A stretch of DNA of 64,000 nucleotides, taken from Neolecta irregularis DAH-3 (taxonomy: Eukaryota). Shown one piece after another: positions 63,517 through 64,000 of this stretch (positions within the stretch are counted from its first letter, which is position 1; each line of letters begins with the position of its first letter). The DNA is taken from positions 1 through 64,000 of the forward strand of contig LXFE01000257.1 of assembly GCA_001929475.1 (NCBI GenBank), in the 5' to 3' direction. The notes under the pieces are model-generated. The model was not told where the DNA came from. It made no database searches and was given only the letters and a program-made list of their open reading frames with translations. The translations under genes and the position numbers were made by a program.

Positions 63517-64000
63517 ATGGGTAACTGGTGTTCCAACTGTTGCGGTCGTATTAACCTGCTCGCCAGTTTCATTGCTGACCTTTAAGGACAGTCGCAGTCT
63601 GGACTATACGAACCGCTGCTCCAAGACAACGAACGTGAAGCTGTTGCTGATCTCCTACAATATCTCGAAAACGTATCTCATCCCTTGTCTGTCTGACGTG
63701 TTAATCCTGTAGCGTAATGAGACGGACTTTTTTAGCTCGGAACCTCTGAGAGCCCTAACGACTCTGGTATATTCGGAGAACGTTGACTTGCAACGGAGCG
63801 CTGCACTAGCATTCGCTGAAATCACCGAAAAAGGCATGTCCACTTCAATGTGCCATCTTGAATTGTATAGATGTCAAAGAAGTTACTAGAGACGCCTTGG
63901 AACCAATTCTCTTCTTACTTCAGAGCTCAGATATGGAAGTCCAAAGAGCAGCTAGTGCAGCTCTGGGCAATCTTGCGGTTAACAGTACCCTCGATCCAAA
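63517..64000 (+). CDS. VAC8: Vacuolar armadillo-repeat protein Vac8 (5' part, runs off the window)
   Basis: MGNWCSNCC myristoyl/palmitoyl N-terminus, [16 protein letters not shown]-like segment, [28 protein letters not shown]. Intron 63834-63870 is GC-AG. Confidence 0.95.

Noticed and set aside
62898-63572. Long His/Pro-rich ORFs on the minus strand
   Set aside because: By-products of low-complexity skewed sequence in the RAD30/VAC8 promoter region, with no domain signal.

Overview
Eukaryotic fungal nuclear DNA from a very compact, intron-rich genome. Tiny introns, short intergenic gaps and an S. pombe-like U5 snRNA suggest an early-diverging ascomycete (Taphrinomycotina, Neolecta-like); this is an inference, not checked. 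By manual splicing I find about 31 protein-coding genes and one U5 snRNA gene. Most are housekeeping: mitochondrial IF3, Opy1-like, EFL1, SLD1, DUG3, MGM1, POL12, ADF-like/PH protein, Shg1-like, DMA1, TEL1, MIP1, TPI1, MAS2, AEP2, CUL4, a catalytically dead GPI-anchored aspartic protease, a FYVE protein, a Nudix-eIF2B-like fusion, a hybrid His kinase, RCM1, a mini RING/SIM ligase, Med29/Med2-like, PTC1, TRS31, MFAP1, EDC3, RAD30 and partial VAC8. No transposon, tRNA, rRNA or CRISPR was seen. The most striking signal is the splicing code. About 110 introns are mostly 31-49 nt with highly degenerate donors, including at least 7 GC-AG, one apparently obligatory GG-AG (PTC1) and one possible GA-AG (TEL1). 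Acceptors tolerate any NAG (AAG common, GAG at least 3 times) and seem chosen by a fixed 6-9 nt distance from a degenerate branch point. Other signals: 7-nt and 18-nt micro-exons, and GC-rich islands with a G-to-C skew flip plus local tandem repeats at a subset of promoter regions. All gene models are manual and lack RNA evidence.
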